DNA of 64,000 bases from the NCBI RefSeq assembly GCF_033153115.1, contig NW_026889774.1:19344001-19408000 (forward strand), given 5' to 3'. Below are positions 37,601 to 51,792 of this stretch, piece by piece (positions within the stretch are counted from its first letter, which is position 1; each line of letters starts with the position of its first letter). Made by a program: the position numbers and the translations under genes. The stretch is from Saccostrea echinata. Lineage: Eukaryota. The notes below the pieces were generated by a model that was not told where the DNA came from, made no database searches, and saw nothing but the letters and a program-made list of their open reading frames with translations.

Positions 37601-40600
37601 TCATTTACTATACAAAATAATGAGGGGCCGCAACAGACCTTAGAACATTATTATTGAATTTGTTATAGCTCGCCATTGCAATCAGACCACCAGAACACGC
37701 ACTGAGGGAATAGAAGATCTGCACTGCAGCATCAGACCATACCTAAAACCCAAACAATGGTAATAACAGTTTTTTTCATAACGACAATTTTATGTAATTG
37801 TAAGAATTTGAATGTCTTAATTTCTTACGCTGGCTTGCAGGAGTTTGTTCCAGTCTGGTGTAAGGTAGTACATAACACCTTCATGGGATCCGCTTAGTGT
37901 GAGTCCGCGAACCAGCAATACTGTCAACAAGATGTATGGGAATATGGCAGTGAAGTACACAACCTATACATCGAAAATGTAACAAAGTAACTCTTCAAGG
38001 CCTAAAGAATAAAGATTTTTTTTTTATATCTTTGTGGTATTAAATTCTCTTTATATTGAAAAATAAATCGAGTGTATTGTGTACCTTTCCGAGGGATTTG
38101 ATCCCTTTGGATAAAACCAAAAATACAATCAACCACGCCAGCAAGTTACACAAAGTCACATCCCATTTCACTCCTCCGGGATCCGTCCAAGAATCTGTAA
38201 TACCTAATACCTTTTGCCTGTTTATAAACACAAGACACGAGGATTAAAAACCTTTATATTAAACGAATATCATTTGAAATATTTAGAAGTGCTAAGAAAA
38301 GTAAATTAAGTCTTACGTAAAATATTCGTCACTTGGGGTCCTCTTGGTAGCGTTTACAATATCTGGAAGTTGGGACACTGTAACAGAGAATAATCAAAGG
38401 CTAAGAAAACTTCTACAATGTAATCAATACAAAACTGAAGTTGGAAATTTAATGATCATAATTTAGTTACAGCATTCGGGTCTTTTTCCGTTCCAAGGAT
38501 CAGGACTGGAGAAATTTCTTGTTTTATCGATACACTTGCACGTGTTCCATTCGTTTTCGCAATCCTGCCAAGGCAAATATGACGTCATCGATGCGAACAG
38601 GTAATACAAGCACCAAGCAATTACGACATTGTAATAAAGGGCGATTAATGCTGATATTATTGTCATGGCAAATCCCAATCCTGAAAAATTAAAAAAAATA
38701 TTATATCACCAGTAAGGAAAATAATTCCTTAATATAAATGAATAAGTGATCATCTTACTTTCTTGGGAATTTTGAAAATATAGTAAGTTTTCATGCATAT
38801 ACACGTCTTTTTTTGTCATTTACACTATTTCACTAAAAGATGAATTATCAATTGCTTATAAATACACTATAGTTAATATTCCAGACCTTGCTAAGGTTAT
38901 TACCTTTGAAAGCCGGATTCACAACCCATATTCTTATGGGGCCCAGACTAGCAAACTGACCAAAGGACAATTCAAGAAAAAAGAGTGGAATTCCAATCAG
39001 GACCAGGGAAACAAAGTATGGAATGAGGAAAGCACCTGTCAGAATGTATAAATAAAAGAATTCTTTTTTTTTCAAGTATAAAGTTTTCTTTCTTTCTTTC
39101 TTAAACCAGAAAGATAAGTTACATCATTTATTCCTTCATGTTTTTATTTCACGCAATAGATAATGATGACGAAATTCACAAGAATTGGGTACATGAATAA
39201 CTAATAAAAAGATGTTCACTTTGAGTAACGGAGCGAACTTCGAAGGCTGTTTATAACTGTTGATGAAGAAAATTTTATATTAGATAGAATTCAAAATTTC
39301 TCATTGTTGCCAAAAAAGGTGTCTTTAGTAAATGACTAAATGTTCATGTCTGGAACACTTGCTTCACTCACCTCCTCCATTTTTGTATGCAAGGTATGGA
39401 AATCTCCAGACGTTCCCTAACCCTACAGCATACCCAATTAGGGTCAAAACAAACTCGATCTGATTAGACCAAGCAGCCCTCTTAGCCTGAGGAAAAATAA
39501 AATGAAAAGTACTAAGTCTTTAGGACATTCAGGGCGCAGACTGCTCTGTAAAATTAAGACCGGTACCTGTATTGCAAACAGGTTATCTAAACTTTCAAAT
39601 GGACTTATCTGAATCTTGATGACGTCGCCATCACTATAACTTTCTTTTTCTTGTAAATGGCACTAAATTTTGTTTTTAAAATATTCAATTTACACTCTAA
39701 ATTACATTATTTGCAGGAAGAGGACGAGATAAATGAAGTTTAAAGTTTTATCAGGTTCCAGATCAAGGCATAACATTTTCTCCAGTGTATTTTCCTTTAA
39801 ACAGATCATGACTCCTGCTGATATTTTTTTTCTTTTATACATTTCAATATTAATAATTCATCATTAAAAAATATCTTACACATGGCAAACGTTGTTATAT
39901 GTAGGTGAAATGTCAAACAAGAATAGGCTAGCTGCACTTTATACATAAAGTACACTAAAAAAAAGTCTTCCAGAATAGACATTGTAATAAAAAATAATAA
40001 CTTTTTCTTTGAGCTTATCTGTTTTAAAATGTGTTTAAACACTACCCAATGCTTAACCAACTCGTCTGTGTTTAATAATATTATCATATTTAGGATGATC
40101 CTTAGCAATAAACGTATTGTCAATATACTTTTATTCACAAATTGACATATTACCCTGTGAGTGGGCACTGTCAATACAAAACAAATATTACGTAACATAA
40201 TGTGCATAATATTTTGAGCCACAAATATTTTATCTCTTCCACAGGTGTATCAATAATATCAAATTTAGAACAAGCTGTTTTACCACCTGTACCCATTTGG
40301 CGTACATAAAGAGACTTCAGATCTGGTGTGTTGATTCATAAATCTGATTTGTTTAACATGTTAACCAAATTACAAAGGTTCTTAGGATTGTCTACGAAGT
40401 ATACGTAAGAACTGAGAAATATAGACAGTGACATTTTTATGACAATCTAAACAAATACTCCAAAAATAAAAATTTTCAAGTTCATTTGCTAAATAACTAA
40501 GAACGTTTTGAAGAAGTTCTATATAAAATGTATATGCAATATGTTACCCATAGAATCATTGATGAAATTTAATTCGCTAGGTACATGCGTATATGAATGT

Positions 40601-43600
40601 AATTTGACTTCACTAAATTTTTACAGCAGAGCAGCACTGACAAAAACAAAATATCATTGCTCTCAAGTTGATATCAACAGTATTTTTGTTCATTATTTCA
40701 TAGTCACGTGGTGGCTTGATAGATATAACAACTGATAACCGATATCTTAAAAATAGCAACGTCTGTACGGCACCTCCATGTCCGTAAAAGTTGGGGATAA
40801 CAAGAGGCCTTTGGGCCTCAATGCTCACCTAAGTCATATATGTCTGTCTAATGTAAAGTTGTGGCCTTGAGCTTAAAACCCACGATGTCGGAAAATTTTA
40901 ATTTACAGTATGCTGCAAATTATTCTTCAAGGGTTATGTATCTTGTTGTGTAATGTGGCTACCCCTACTGTGGTCCCAACCTTACCTCCAAAAACAATTT
41001 AAAACGTTACCAATGTATTCCTTTTCGAAACTTTGACCCAATAGTTAGGCGCCACCCAGGCCCGTGTTAGTTATGATTTGAACAAATTTGATTATATTAT
41101 ATCTAAGACAGTTCAGAAGACGGTATTTATGGATAAGACCACCTCTAATTTATTATTTCCTGATTAGTGGGACACAGTCCTTCATTAAGGGATAAAATAA
41201 TTCCCTAGCTCCAACTGAAGATGCTTTAGGTTAAAAGTTGAATTGGCCGAGTTGTTCTAGAGAACACGACAAAGTGTGAAAAGTTTATGTACTTCACATC
41301 ACAGACAGACACCGAAATCAACTGCAACCAAGTTAACGAACTGCAGTTTTAATTCAGTAATGATCTGTTTTCTAAACGAAAAAATGTTGAATGGCAATTT
41401 AATAATGCTAGAACGGAATGCAGGTCAGCATACAGATTTCGTACCAGAGACATGTAAACCATGTCTCTTTTGTTTGATTTTCAACTCCTTCGCAGTCGCG
41501 GAATGCCGGAGATTAAATTGAATTGCCTTAAAAATACCACCTACTTACGTCATGCCTCGAAGTTGTTTTCTGTTTCTGTGCCCACCAAATTATGTCAATA
41601 TATCTTTATCCTTTTGTGTTATAAAAAATACATAGTAAATATTCAATGTTATAAAGTTGGATATGGAATTTATTTCAGGATTAGAATAAGATTTCTTTTA
41701 ATATTCACGAGTTTAAATATTAAAAAAAATCTTGCAATATCTTGCAAAATTTGCCGATGAGAAAAAAAATGAAACGCAGCAACTGCATCTTAAGTTATCA
41801 GTTCATTCTTGTCTTAAAATGCAAAACTCTTCTCTTAAAATTTCATAAATATTTTGAAATCTGTTTTTAAAATTTAAAGTTACTAAAAGGAATAGACATG
41901 TATAGGTGTATATATTGTCACAAAATCTTAGTTATTGTCACAAAATCTTATTTGGTCAGAATATATTGATAGTGTTGTAAACAGTGCTTATAAAAAACTA
42001 GGCCTCTTAAAGAAATTGAAGTTCAAAATGGGTAGAAAAAAATTATCAAAATTGTATATTACGTTTATCAGACCTATGCTTGAATATGCTTCAGTTGTTT
42101 GGGATGGCTGCTCTAAACAAAATTCTGAAAAGCTTGAAAAAGTACAATTAACCGCCGCTAGAATTGTAACAGACTTCCTATTTTTGTGTCTAGAGAAACA
42201 CTTTATTCTGAAACTGGTTTCGAAACTTTAAAAACCAGGCGATATATTGCAAAAATGACAACTATGTTCAAAATTCACACGGGAAGAGTACCTGAGTATT
42301 TGCATGATATTGTCCCCAATAAGCGTGAGCATGTATCCCTATACAATACCCGTAATAAACAAGATTATATTGTTCCAAGGTGTAGATTAGAATTATTTAG
42401 AAACTCTTTCGTACCTGATGCTGCAAAACAATCGAATTTACTAAAAACAGAGGTTAGAGAAGCCATCTCAATCAAAACATTCCGAAAAAACTTGATAACA
42501 AAAATTGAAAATCCACCATCATACTTCTCTTTTGGTAAGCGATACACCAATATCATTCATACTAAGCTAAGACATTACTGTATACTAAATTATGGTCTTT
42601 ATAAACGAAACATTATAAATAGTCCCTTATGTTCATGTGGAAAAAATGAAGATGTGTACCATTTCTTTTTTGCATGCAAAAATTATTCCAATGCAAGAAG
42701 TACTCCTTTTAATCGCTTGTTCACTCTTGAATTGGTTACTATTGATATAAATCTATTATTATGTGGTGATGTTAATTTGCCTTTACAGATAAATAACAGT
42801 ATTTTTGCTGCTGTTCATAAATTTATTGACGAAACATGTAGATTCTCTAGTTGATATGCTATTTAATTGCTTTTCCACTTGTATTAATTGTATTATTTTT
42901 CTTCTATTTTGCATGACAAATCGTTATATATAAGGAGAGGAACTTTGTAAGTTGTAAAGAACTTGTTTCCAATCCATTTGATGTACTCAATAAAATATGT
43001 TCAAAACAAAAACAAAACACATGTATAGGTGAATGACAGAATGGCGAATTTAAAAAAGGGGGGATAAAATTTCTTTCCAATTTCATACAGTGTCAATTTA
43101 TCTTACTGTGGTAGATAAAATTAGTTCTAAAAGATAATCAGTAAATAATGAATAATATGTGCAAGTTTTTAACTCTTTTTTGACAATATTAAATAATGTG
43201 TCAGATATTTTTTTTGGTTTCTAAGATTTTTTTATTTTCCGGTTGGTATAGGAATAAATTGACTAATTGCCTTGTTTATTAAAATCACCTCGAAGAGGAA
43301 GCAAAAAATAACCACACGTATTGAGGTCATACATGTATGTAGATAAAGTTTTTGAAAACAGGGTACCGTATTTGCGTCTTACCTCAGTCTTGTAATTAAT
43401 TGAAAGGAAAGGTACAGAATAGTTCGGTTGCTGTCCAGATAATTTTCACCTTAAGTGAAAAGTTTGAACCCGGAAGAAATAATTTCGTGTTGGGTACATG
43501 TACTTCATATGATCAACAACAAAAAGACAATGAATACTATAGAATAAGATACTCCATGTAAAAAAAAGTTATCGGTATTTCGAACGCCGATATCGCGAAT

Positions 43601-44203
43601 ACCGTGGATATATGTTGAAGTGAATTGGAAGTCCCAACCACTTTTTCTTTATGTATTTTACCCTCAATATCTCGAACCTTCGGATATCTTGAAGATTTTT
43701 CTCAGGCTCATCGAGTTCGAGATAACAAGGTTTGGGTGTAGATATATATACGTAGTTGTCCAAGACGAACAGGTGCACTGATCTTCAGAACTTAAAAAAA
43801 ATGTTGTCAGTCTGTCTGATATTGGTAAATTTAGTTGAATAGTTAAGATTAACAGACATTTTATTTGAAACAATGACGAGACAACAACATTCTCGACGGC
43901 TGCTTGTTAGCTCTCCTGCTCGAGGATGGGATGGTAAAATGTGCGTCTGTCAGTCTGTCTGTAAACAAAGAGCTTTTCTTTGAAAATTAAATCTGATGTT
44001 TTATTCGTTTATTCATGGCATATGTACATTTATTTATGTGAGGGTGTGCATACTCTAAAAAACAGCGGAATGAAAACGATTACTTACACTCTAAAATATA
44101 TTGATAACAAAACAGATGACAATTAAACTACAGAGAAATCATGAATTCAATCATTACATTTTAGATTTGATTCAAAACAAAGAAATCAACTTACCTCTGG
44201 CAT
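34621..44203 (-). CDS. SLC6 (NSS) Na+/Cl- dependent amino-acid transporter, paralog B, ~701 aa
   Basis: Exons in transcript order 44203-44195 (MPE, inferred), 39486-39372, 39035-38904, 38680-38471, 38377-38317, 38217-38085, 37963-37829, 37742-37639, 37542-37418, 37218-37106, 36929-36792, 36339-36240, 36059-35944, 35548-35387, 35073-34621; 2106 nt in frame. Same intron positions as paralog [29 protein letters not shown]. Confidence 0.94.
34687..34780 (-). repeat. Coding 33-bp tandem repeat, ~3 copies ([11 protein letters not shown])
   Basis: aactttagctgttccattttccaccact occurs three times in the last exon of SLC6-B. Confidence 0.95.
40799..41340 (-). mobile_element. Degenerate HINE-like (Helentron-associated) element
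   Basis: End motif aacaagaggcctttgggcctcaatgctcacc resembles the reverse complement of the terminus at 57195-57227. CAGA microsatellite near the other end. Confidence 0.6.
41909..43018 (+). mobile_element. 5'-truncated CR1/L2-group LINE, same family as 4459-5333, antisense within SLC6-B intron 1
   Basis: [19 protein letters not shown]...[12 protein letters not shown], then a 1-bp frameshift near 42171. Target-site duplication ACATGTATAGGTG at 41896-41908 and 43019-43031. Confidence 0.92.
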
Positions 44204-46108
44204 CGTCGTCTCTAAAATTCAATGCATACATGCACTAAGAAAAGAGTTTCACTGAAACCTTTTTTCGAAAGAATTTTCACCCAAAAAGGGTGGAAAGTAG
44301 ATAACAATTTATTCTCTGATTGGCTGATTTTGAACTCAATGATTTCTCCTAGGGGTAGGTGCTTTTGGTTTGTTATCTCCTTAAAGGCCGTTAACTTTAT
44401 CCAGTCCTGGTGCATGTTCCTATTTACAATTTGCTATATACATGTAGTCCTCACCAGGAAAGAATGTCAACAGTTGATAAATGATAATTAAACTATATTT
44501 ATCTACAAGAAAAGTACATATACTGTATGACGGGTAACAATTGCTTGCACGTATGGTTTTTGGTGTCATTCAGAATTCTTTTTGAGGAAGATTTTTTTAA
44601 ATCAAGGTTAAGTATGGTAAAAAGGATTCGAATCCCCTTCAAGTTGTTTAACTGTGTTATTGAAAAATTACCTAAATTTGGCGAAAATCGCACAGATCGG
44701 GAAAATCGCAGGCTCGAGATATTTTATAGAGCCCGGCGGAGAAATAACTGACATATAACACTGTATGCACTATATTTTAATGAGATGTAAAAAAAAATTA
44801 TATTTCGCATATCCCATCTTTGTCTAATTCAGAGGGGCAATATGCGCGCGGGGAAGGGGGGGGGGCGTTGAGGGGTCCCTCCTAGCGAAGCTGGTATGTG
44901 TATATGTTACATTATATTGAACATCGTGGCAATTCACTTTAAAGGATACCAGTCCTTCCCTGCCACACTTCTTTTAAAGATTTCATTCTATTGTGACCTT
45001 ATTTTTAATGCAACCCCAGTTTTAGTTTAAAAAAAAAAATTCTTGTTTTATATTCATTTATTAATTTATTAGTTACAGTAAGGTGATGAATTTAAGGGGA
45101 CAAACCCCCATTTTTTCCCCTTAAATGCAGTAGATGAATTTATACATTATTTCGTTTGTGTAAAATTTTCTTGTCAGGTAATTAAGTTATGATAAATGAC
45201 AGATATATCTAATTTTGTATGATAAAAACAAGTTGTTAATCATGTTGGTATATAGTTTCACTAAAAGTCAAGCTGCAATGAGATAAAAGCAGAAGGGGTT
45301 ACTGTCCAACCCCCCGGGCCTTCCCCACTACATGTATTATAATAGAACAGTGCCTCTGTGGCCGTTGCAAAACTAATCCACCTTGGTGAAAAACCGTATT
45401 TCTTTTAACTATACAATCATACATTTATTTTAGCACTGTTTGCAAACATACACAGAGGGGTCATGCAACTTTTGGAGGGAAATCATGAGACACGGTCAGC
45501 CGACATGCGGATAGATCCTCATTTTAGATCAGAGTTTTATATAGAGTCATGACATTATTTGTTTTTCTAATTTATATAAAAAGATATGGTAATCTGAGAG
45601 ATAAAATCAATTCAAATAAAAGGAATGTGTGTACATGGTCTATAGTTAAACGTTGACGAAGTACATTCTATGTATGTATTGTGTCTTTTCAAGTCGAATT
45701 GTTTCTAGCGCGAATTCTCTTATACCGATGAACCGGAAATTTTGATGTGATGCGAAATTCGAAAGATGTTTATGTTAGTTGCAATATCGGCGACGTTGAT
45801 TTCAGGTGGTTTTATGAAAATGAACGGCATTTAAGATAATCAAGTCAATATTTAATACTGAACAATATTTCAGCAACACAAAACAAACACCTATCGTGAA
45901 TGTAAAGGTGGATGGAACATTAACAAAACGAGTTTGGACATGTCCGTCAACTGTTTATGTTCATTCATTTGGTATGTTTTTCCTGCTAAATGTTATCTTT
46001 GAGAAAATATATATGCTTGTTAAGAATATCGTGAATTCTGTGATGTTTTAGATTCAATAGAATACATATCGTTGACGAAAAATTTCAAATCATGTTTAAT
46101 TCAGTAAT

Positions 46109-47516
46109 CAGGTCTAGCACAATCTCTTGATTAAGCTATACAGCTAACTGCTTGAAATAGCTATATAGCTTTATTAAGCTATTCAAAATAGCTTGATAAA
46201 GCTATTTCTATGCAGGTTTTCACAAAATGTTATTTGTACAAAATAGACAAAAAGTCGCAAGCATTTGACTATTCATATATATAATATAGGTTATCAAATC
46301 AACAACCAAAATCAAAGATAGTTCTAACATTGCAGCATTTGAATACTTTTAAGCAAAAGATGAATTTCCATTGTTTGGGTAACTGTACACTACCTTGTGT
46401 GCGTTGAGGCATGGATAAGTATGATTGCTTCTCATTGTACTGAACTATTACCAATCAATTATCTTGTTGACCGTAATTGGCCTCCTTTATAATTATTGAA
46501 GAAGTAACTGTATCAACTGCTTTATATAGCCCCAATACTTTTAGAACTTTGAGTACAAAGTCTCTTAAGGAGACACAATTTGATGAGTGATTTTTACATG
46601 CATTATTTTCATAAGAGTTCAAGGTTGAATATCATCACTGCACCAAGGTGCGACTTTTTGTGCATACTTGGAAAATAACACATTTGAGAAAAAAGTGTGA
46701 TAAAATAGCTAAATCCAGCTATTCTGAATAGCTTAATAAAGCTATATAGCTAAATCAAGCTATATAGCTTAATCAAGAGATTGTGCCGGACCTGGTTTTT
46801 GTGCAGCACAATTTCTTAATTTATTATTTAGTAATTTATTTAGCTGTAAAGCTTGAATTAGCTATATAGCTTTATGAAATTATTCAAAAATAGCTAAATA
46901 AAGATAAAACTTTTTCAATGCAGTTTTTCTCTATTTTTTAAAATAAGAAATCGACAAAAAAATGCTAGTATTTGTGTACTATAACTATTAAAAACAGTCC
47001 AAATCAAACATTGTTTTAAACATTGCTGCTTTTAAACACTTTGAAGGAAAAGATTTTTTGGTAACTATAGTAACTTGTGTGCAATGAGGTATGGCTAAGT
47101 AGCATTACTTCACATTGTGCTAAATCAATTATCTTGTTGATCACAAATGATCTTAATATTTTCATCCAAGAAGTACATGTAACTTTTGTGATCACAAATC
47201 AATTTATCTAAATGGCCCCAAAACTTTTAGTTCTTTTAGTACAAAGTCTCTAAAGGAGAGGTAAATAATTTGATAAGTAATTTTTTGATGCATTGTTTTC
47301 AGAAGAGTTCAGTTTTGAAATTTTCACTGTGCCTATGTGTAACTTTTTAATTTGCTGAAAAAAATTCACATTTAAAAAAGTATGATAAAATACCTAAATC
47401 AAGCTATTTTGAATAGCTATCTCAAGCTGTGTAGCTAATTCAAGCTATTTTAACTAATTCAAGCTATTTTAATATTTCAAGCTATATTGCTACATCAAGA
47501 GGTTGTGTCAGACCTG
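46109..47516. mobile_element. Two adjacent related MITEs (46109-46794 and a more diverged ~46799-47516)
   Basis: TIRs CAGGTCTAGCACAATCTCTTGATTAAGCTATA and TATAGCTTAATCAAGAGATTGTGCCGGACCTG. Second copy ends caagaggttgtgtcagacctg. Subterminal AGCTA/TAGCT repeats. Confidence 0.8.
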
Positions 47517-47641
47517 ATAGTGATTAGGCCTGTAACCAAATTCAGTATAAACATGCATGTATTGGACATTTAATCATTCAAATAAAAAAAATATCTGATG
47601 ATATTATTTGATATTGTTTTAAAATCTTATTTATCTAGAAA

Positions 47642-50600
47642 ATGGAGAAGAAGCAACAGAGGGTAACAGTGAAGAGAACAACAGTTTCTGGACAGGGGAA
47701 AGTTAATGAAAAAGGAGGAAAAGTACTTGTTCATTTTATATTGATAAATTTTGAAAAGATGACACTACCAACATGACCAAAGTGGTCATTTTTTATTTAT
47801 GGAAAATTCTGTGAAATGAATAAGTTCTAAATATCTGGTTGAGATTTTAATCTAACAAAGACAAAATGTTTTAATTCTTTAAATTTAAGTATATCTTTGA
47901 AATACTAGATTAGTTATTGCACAGATATCTATTTATTTTTACAAATAAGTTGAAATTATTGTCTAGAGAGAGAGAGAGAGAGAAATACTATTCTTTAGAT
48001 GAAAAAGCATTGATTATTCATAGCGATTGTATTTTTCACTATATCTATAGTAACAGAAAATAAAATATTAGGTACTTGATGCAATTTCATATATCGTCAC
48101 CTGATCTATCAAAAATTTATTAAAAATTACAATGTAATTATTGCATATAGTATAAACCTTTTAAATTACAGTGTAATTATTACATATGTATGTTAACCTT
48201 TTAGTTTCAATTTATATATTTTCATATGGACTTATTTGAAGTAATGATTATTTCAACATCTGATTTGTAGGTTGGAAAAGCAAAAACTGTTGGTGTGAAG
48301 TCAAAAATTAAGGCAGTGCCTGCAAAAAAGTATTCATTTTGTTCTTAGTAATTTTTATGTTTCAAAGGAATATTATCAAAGAAAGCTCTTTATTATGATG
48401 CATGTTTTGATATACATGCTTGTATAAATTTCAGTAACTTCTTAGTTCAAAATCTGTTTTTCCTTTTACATATATAGTTCTAACTTCGTAAATTGTCAGA
48501 ACATGTTTTATTAAGTTATCCACAATGGAAGTTGTCATTATAACAAAGTTTACATGATGTATGAAAAAAAAAATTTACAACAATATTATTATTAAAATTG
48601 TGATTTTAGAAAGTTTACATGTAACACAAATACATTGTGTTTTAAAAAATAATATTTTTGATGGTATTCATTTTTTTGCAATAGGCAAGCAACCAGAGTA
48701 CCAAAGAAAACCAAGCCAGCTCCACATGTAGAGCCAGGCTATACCCTTTACTCCAGTTTGTCTGAGGAATCCTCAACCCAGGAGACATGTGTCAGGCTTT
48801 TTAATCAGCTGAAGGAGAAAACAGGTATCAGGAGTTATCTTTCTTTTAACAATAGTCTTTGAAGTTCTTGCAGCATAATTACACGTGCAGTCAAACTTGG
48901 GTATCACAAACATCAATTTCTCAAAAACCATGGATATGTCAAAGTGATTTGGAGACCCCAAGGATTTTTCTTTAAATATTTTGCCATCAATATCTGGAAT
49001 TCCCACATACCTCAAATTTTAATCTCTGAGTTTCAATGAGTTTGAGATAATGAGGTTTGACTGTACTTACAAATACTTATGGATTGCAAGTCCCAACACA
49101 AAATTGTAACCAGTTTTAGTCTAAAGCTGCAAAAAAAATTTTTTGTTTCAAGTTTGAATTGAGTTTCCATTAAAGATAATTATCAGGTTTCCTTTTTGTA
49201 GAGGAAGTGGGCCCCCAGACACAGTTTAATACACGATTATCCTCCTCCACACCAGACCCGGACCGGCTGTATGTTGACTTGGACCAACAGCTAATTCCAG
49301 AGAGGGATACCACTTCTCCATTGTGGAAGACTGTACTGGCATCTCAACAAGTATCAGCAACTAGGGGTAAATTATCTTTCTTGTTTTTAGTTCAGGGCTC
49401 TTATATCACTTTTTGGTACAGGGGCTTGGGCTGTTAAAATTTGGAAAGTTGGTGTCATGATGTGGAAAATTGAAGAAATCAACATGTAAAATTTCTTTTT
49501 TCTGATGTTTTCATATCAACTTTATCAATACTGATGAAAAATTATAAAAATAACAACATTCAACTGGTAAAAGTACCTATTTTGCATTCAAATCAGGGCC
49601 AATATTTACATGATTTATTGAAGTAGGTAAAATATTTTAATGTATTGTCATATTTATCATGTTAGGTAGCTAGTGCTGCTCTAAAGCAAGTAAAATAATT
49701 TGAAGGAACTTTGGGTTCACACTGATTGTACTAGGCTAGAGTTCTTTCAAATACATGTAACAATTTCATTTCAGAGTCTTGTATCACAAATCAGGGGCAT
49801 ACTTTAAACCAATGGAGGACAGAGGGTACTGCTTACTTTGTTCCTTTGAAGACACCTGCATCTCTAGCTAGTGATAAACCACTAACATATTATACCCCAC
49901 ATAATCAGGATGTACCAGTCCTACAAACTAACAGTGAGGGGTTTGTGCCAATCACTACTGGAATTGACAGTGATTTGGAAAGTCTTCAACAGTTTCCAAT
50001 CAAAGAAACCCTGCCAAGTGGTCAAACATTCAATGTTGGGAGTACTGCAAGTGGTCAAACATTCAATGCTAGGAATTCTGACAGTCATTCAGATAATTTG
50101 ACAACTCCAGAAACCAGTAGATCTGGGTATGTCAGCTTGCCAAAGCCAGCAGGTGGTGGTGTGATTCCCATGCAACAATCTGCTGTTCCACTTTACACGC
50201 AGCAAAATGGCCTCTATCAATTGAGGCCCCAGGCCCCTCAACAACCACAAGTAAGACCTCCATTCTCAAAAGATTCAACACTTCAGTCCAGTGAAATCCC
50301 AGATGCTCCTCTAAGAGGAAGGTTATTTGAGCATTATGCCAGTGGGCAAATGTCATACCCTTCTCCAGTACCAGAGGACCAGAAACAGTATCACTTCGAG
50401 GGCAGTTATTTACTCACACAGGCAGTTATACCAGAAAGAGACACTCCTCCATTCACTGTTCCTGGCCTAAATTTATCCGGAGGACAGACTGAAAAGGATG
50501 TGAATCTTCATGATACTTTGTCTACCATAACTGGGTCAGTAAACCAGTCAGTAGATACTCCACGGACATTAACAAGCTCAGGTTCACCGAAGAGTAACCA

Positions 50601-51761
50601 ACAAGTTACACCCAAAAATTCCTCCAGCTCATCCAGCTCAAAGAGTGTTCATTTTCAAATTCCAGACAATTTTGTGAAGAATTTATCAAAAAGCAGTAAA
50701 ACTAGTCACCAAACACAAACAGATGATGGCAGCTTATCTCAGCAAGCAGGAGCAGGCAACCAATTTATTTCTGTAGGGGTACCAGCTACCTCTTATTTTT
50801 CTGTTGATTCATCTGTGCAAACCCAGCAACAAGTAGAACAGTTATCATCTGATCATGGTATGAAACAATTTTACATACACATACATAATGATTTTGATAA
50901 AAAAGAAATATAATTGATGTTTTCTTATGTATACAACTAGTCATATTGAACCTGTAGTTGTGAGCAGTGTTCCCCAGAAACACTTGCTGTGTCTAATATT
51001 TTTGAATTCAACATCATGTTATTTAAAAAAGGTTCTATATCTATTAACATTGACAGATTTGTAGGGAGTTTTTTTAAGGTGATTTTTCTGTTTACAAATG
51101 TAAAATTTACTTACCCCCCGTAGGTTTGTGTAAATCTAAAATTTTATAGTTAATATAGCTGCCAAGATCCAACAGGTAAAAAGGGGTTAACTATTAAATT
51201 TGTTCTTTGGGTGAATATACTTATGAAAATTCATACAGACCATTTAATACATACATGTACATGTATACAACATTCCAACAGAATTGGTAAAAATTTAAAT
51301 TTCTTACAGATTCTTCACAGTTAGTGACCTCTTCTGTAAAGAGTGATGTCCCAAATCCGTGGAGTGGTGTGAAGGCTAAAGCAGGCATGAAGAAACTAAG
51401 ATACTGTCTAAAGGAGCTCAAGGAATGTGGCAAAATCAACAGTAAGACTTCACTATCAGTCCTGTTTATACAATTACATGTACATACCTTCAAGGTACAG
51501 CACAAAAAAAGAATAAAGATGAGTGATAAATGCACTACTTTCTCAGTAGATTTCTCCATCTTTATTAAGAGAAATTGCAAATTAAAGCCCACATAATGGT
51601 TTCTTAATATGTATACTCCATTACAGTGGACCTTCAGATATCCAGACGCCAGATATCTGGATGCTTCCAGACCATTTTTCCTGGGAACTGAATGTTTTAA
51701 CATTATTTTGTCTCATTTATCCAGAATTCCATGTTCAGTGCCGACAGTCTTTTTTCACCAT

Positions 51762-51792
<31 letters not shown>

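Noticed and set aside
43375-43440. Alternative first coding exon of SLC6-B (minus-strand GAG|GTAAGA)
   Set aside because: No nearby in-frame ATG. The 44203-44195 exon fits better, though a UTR exon here is not excluded.
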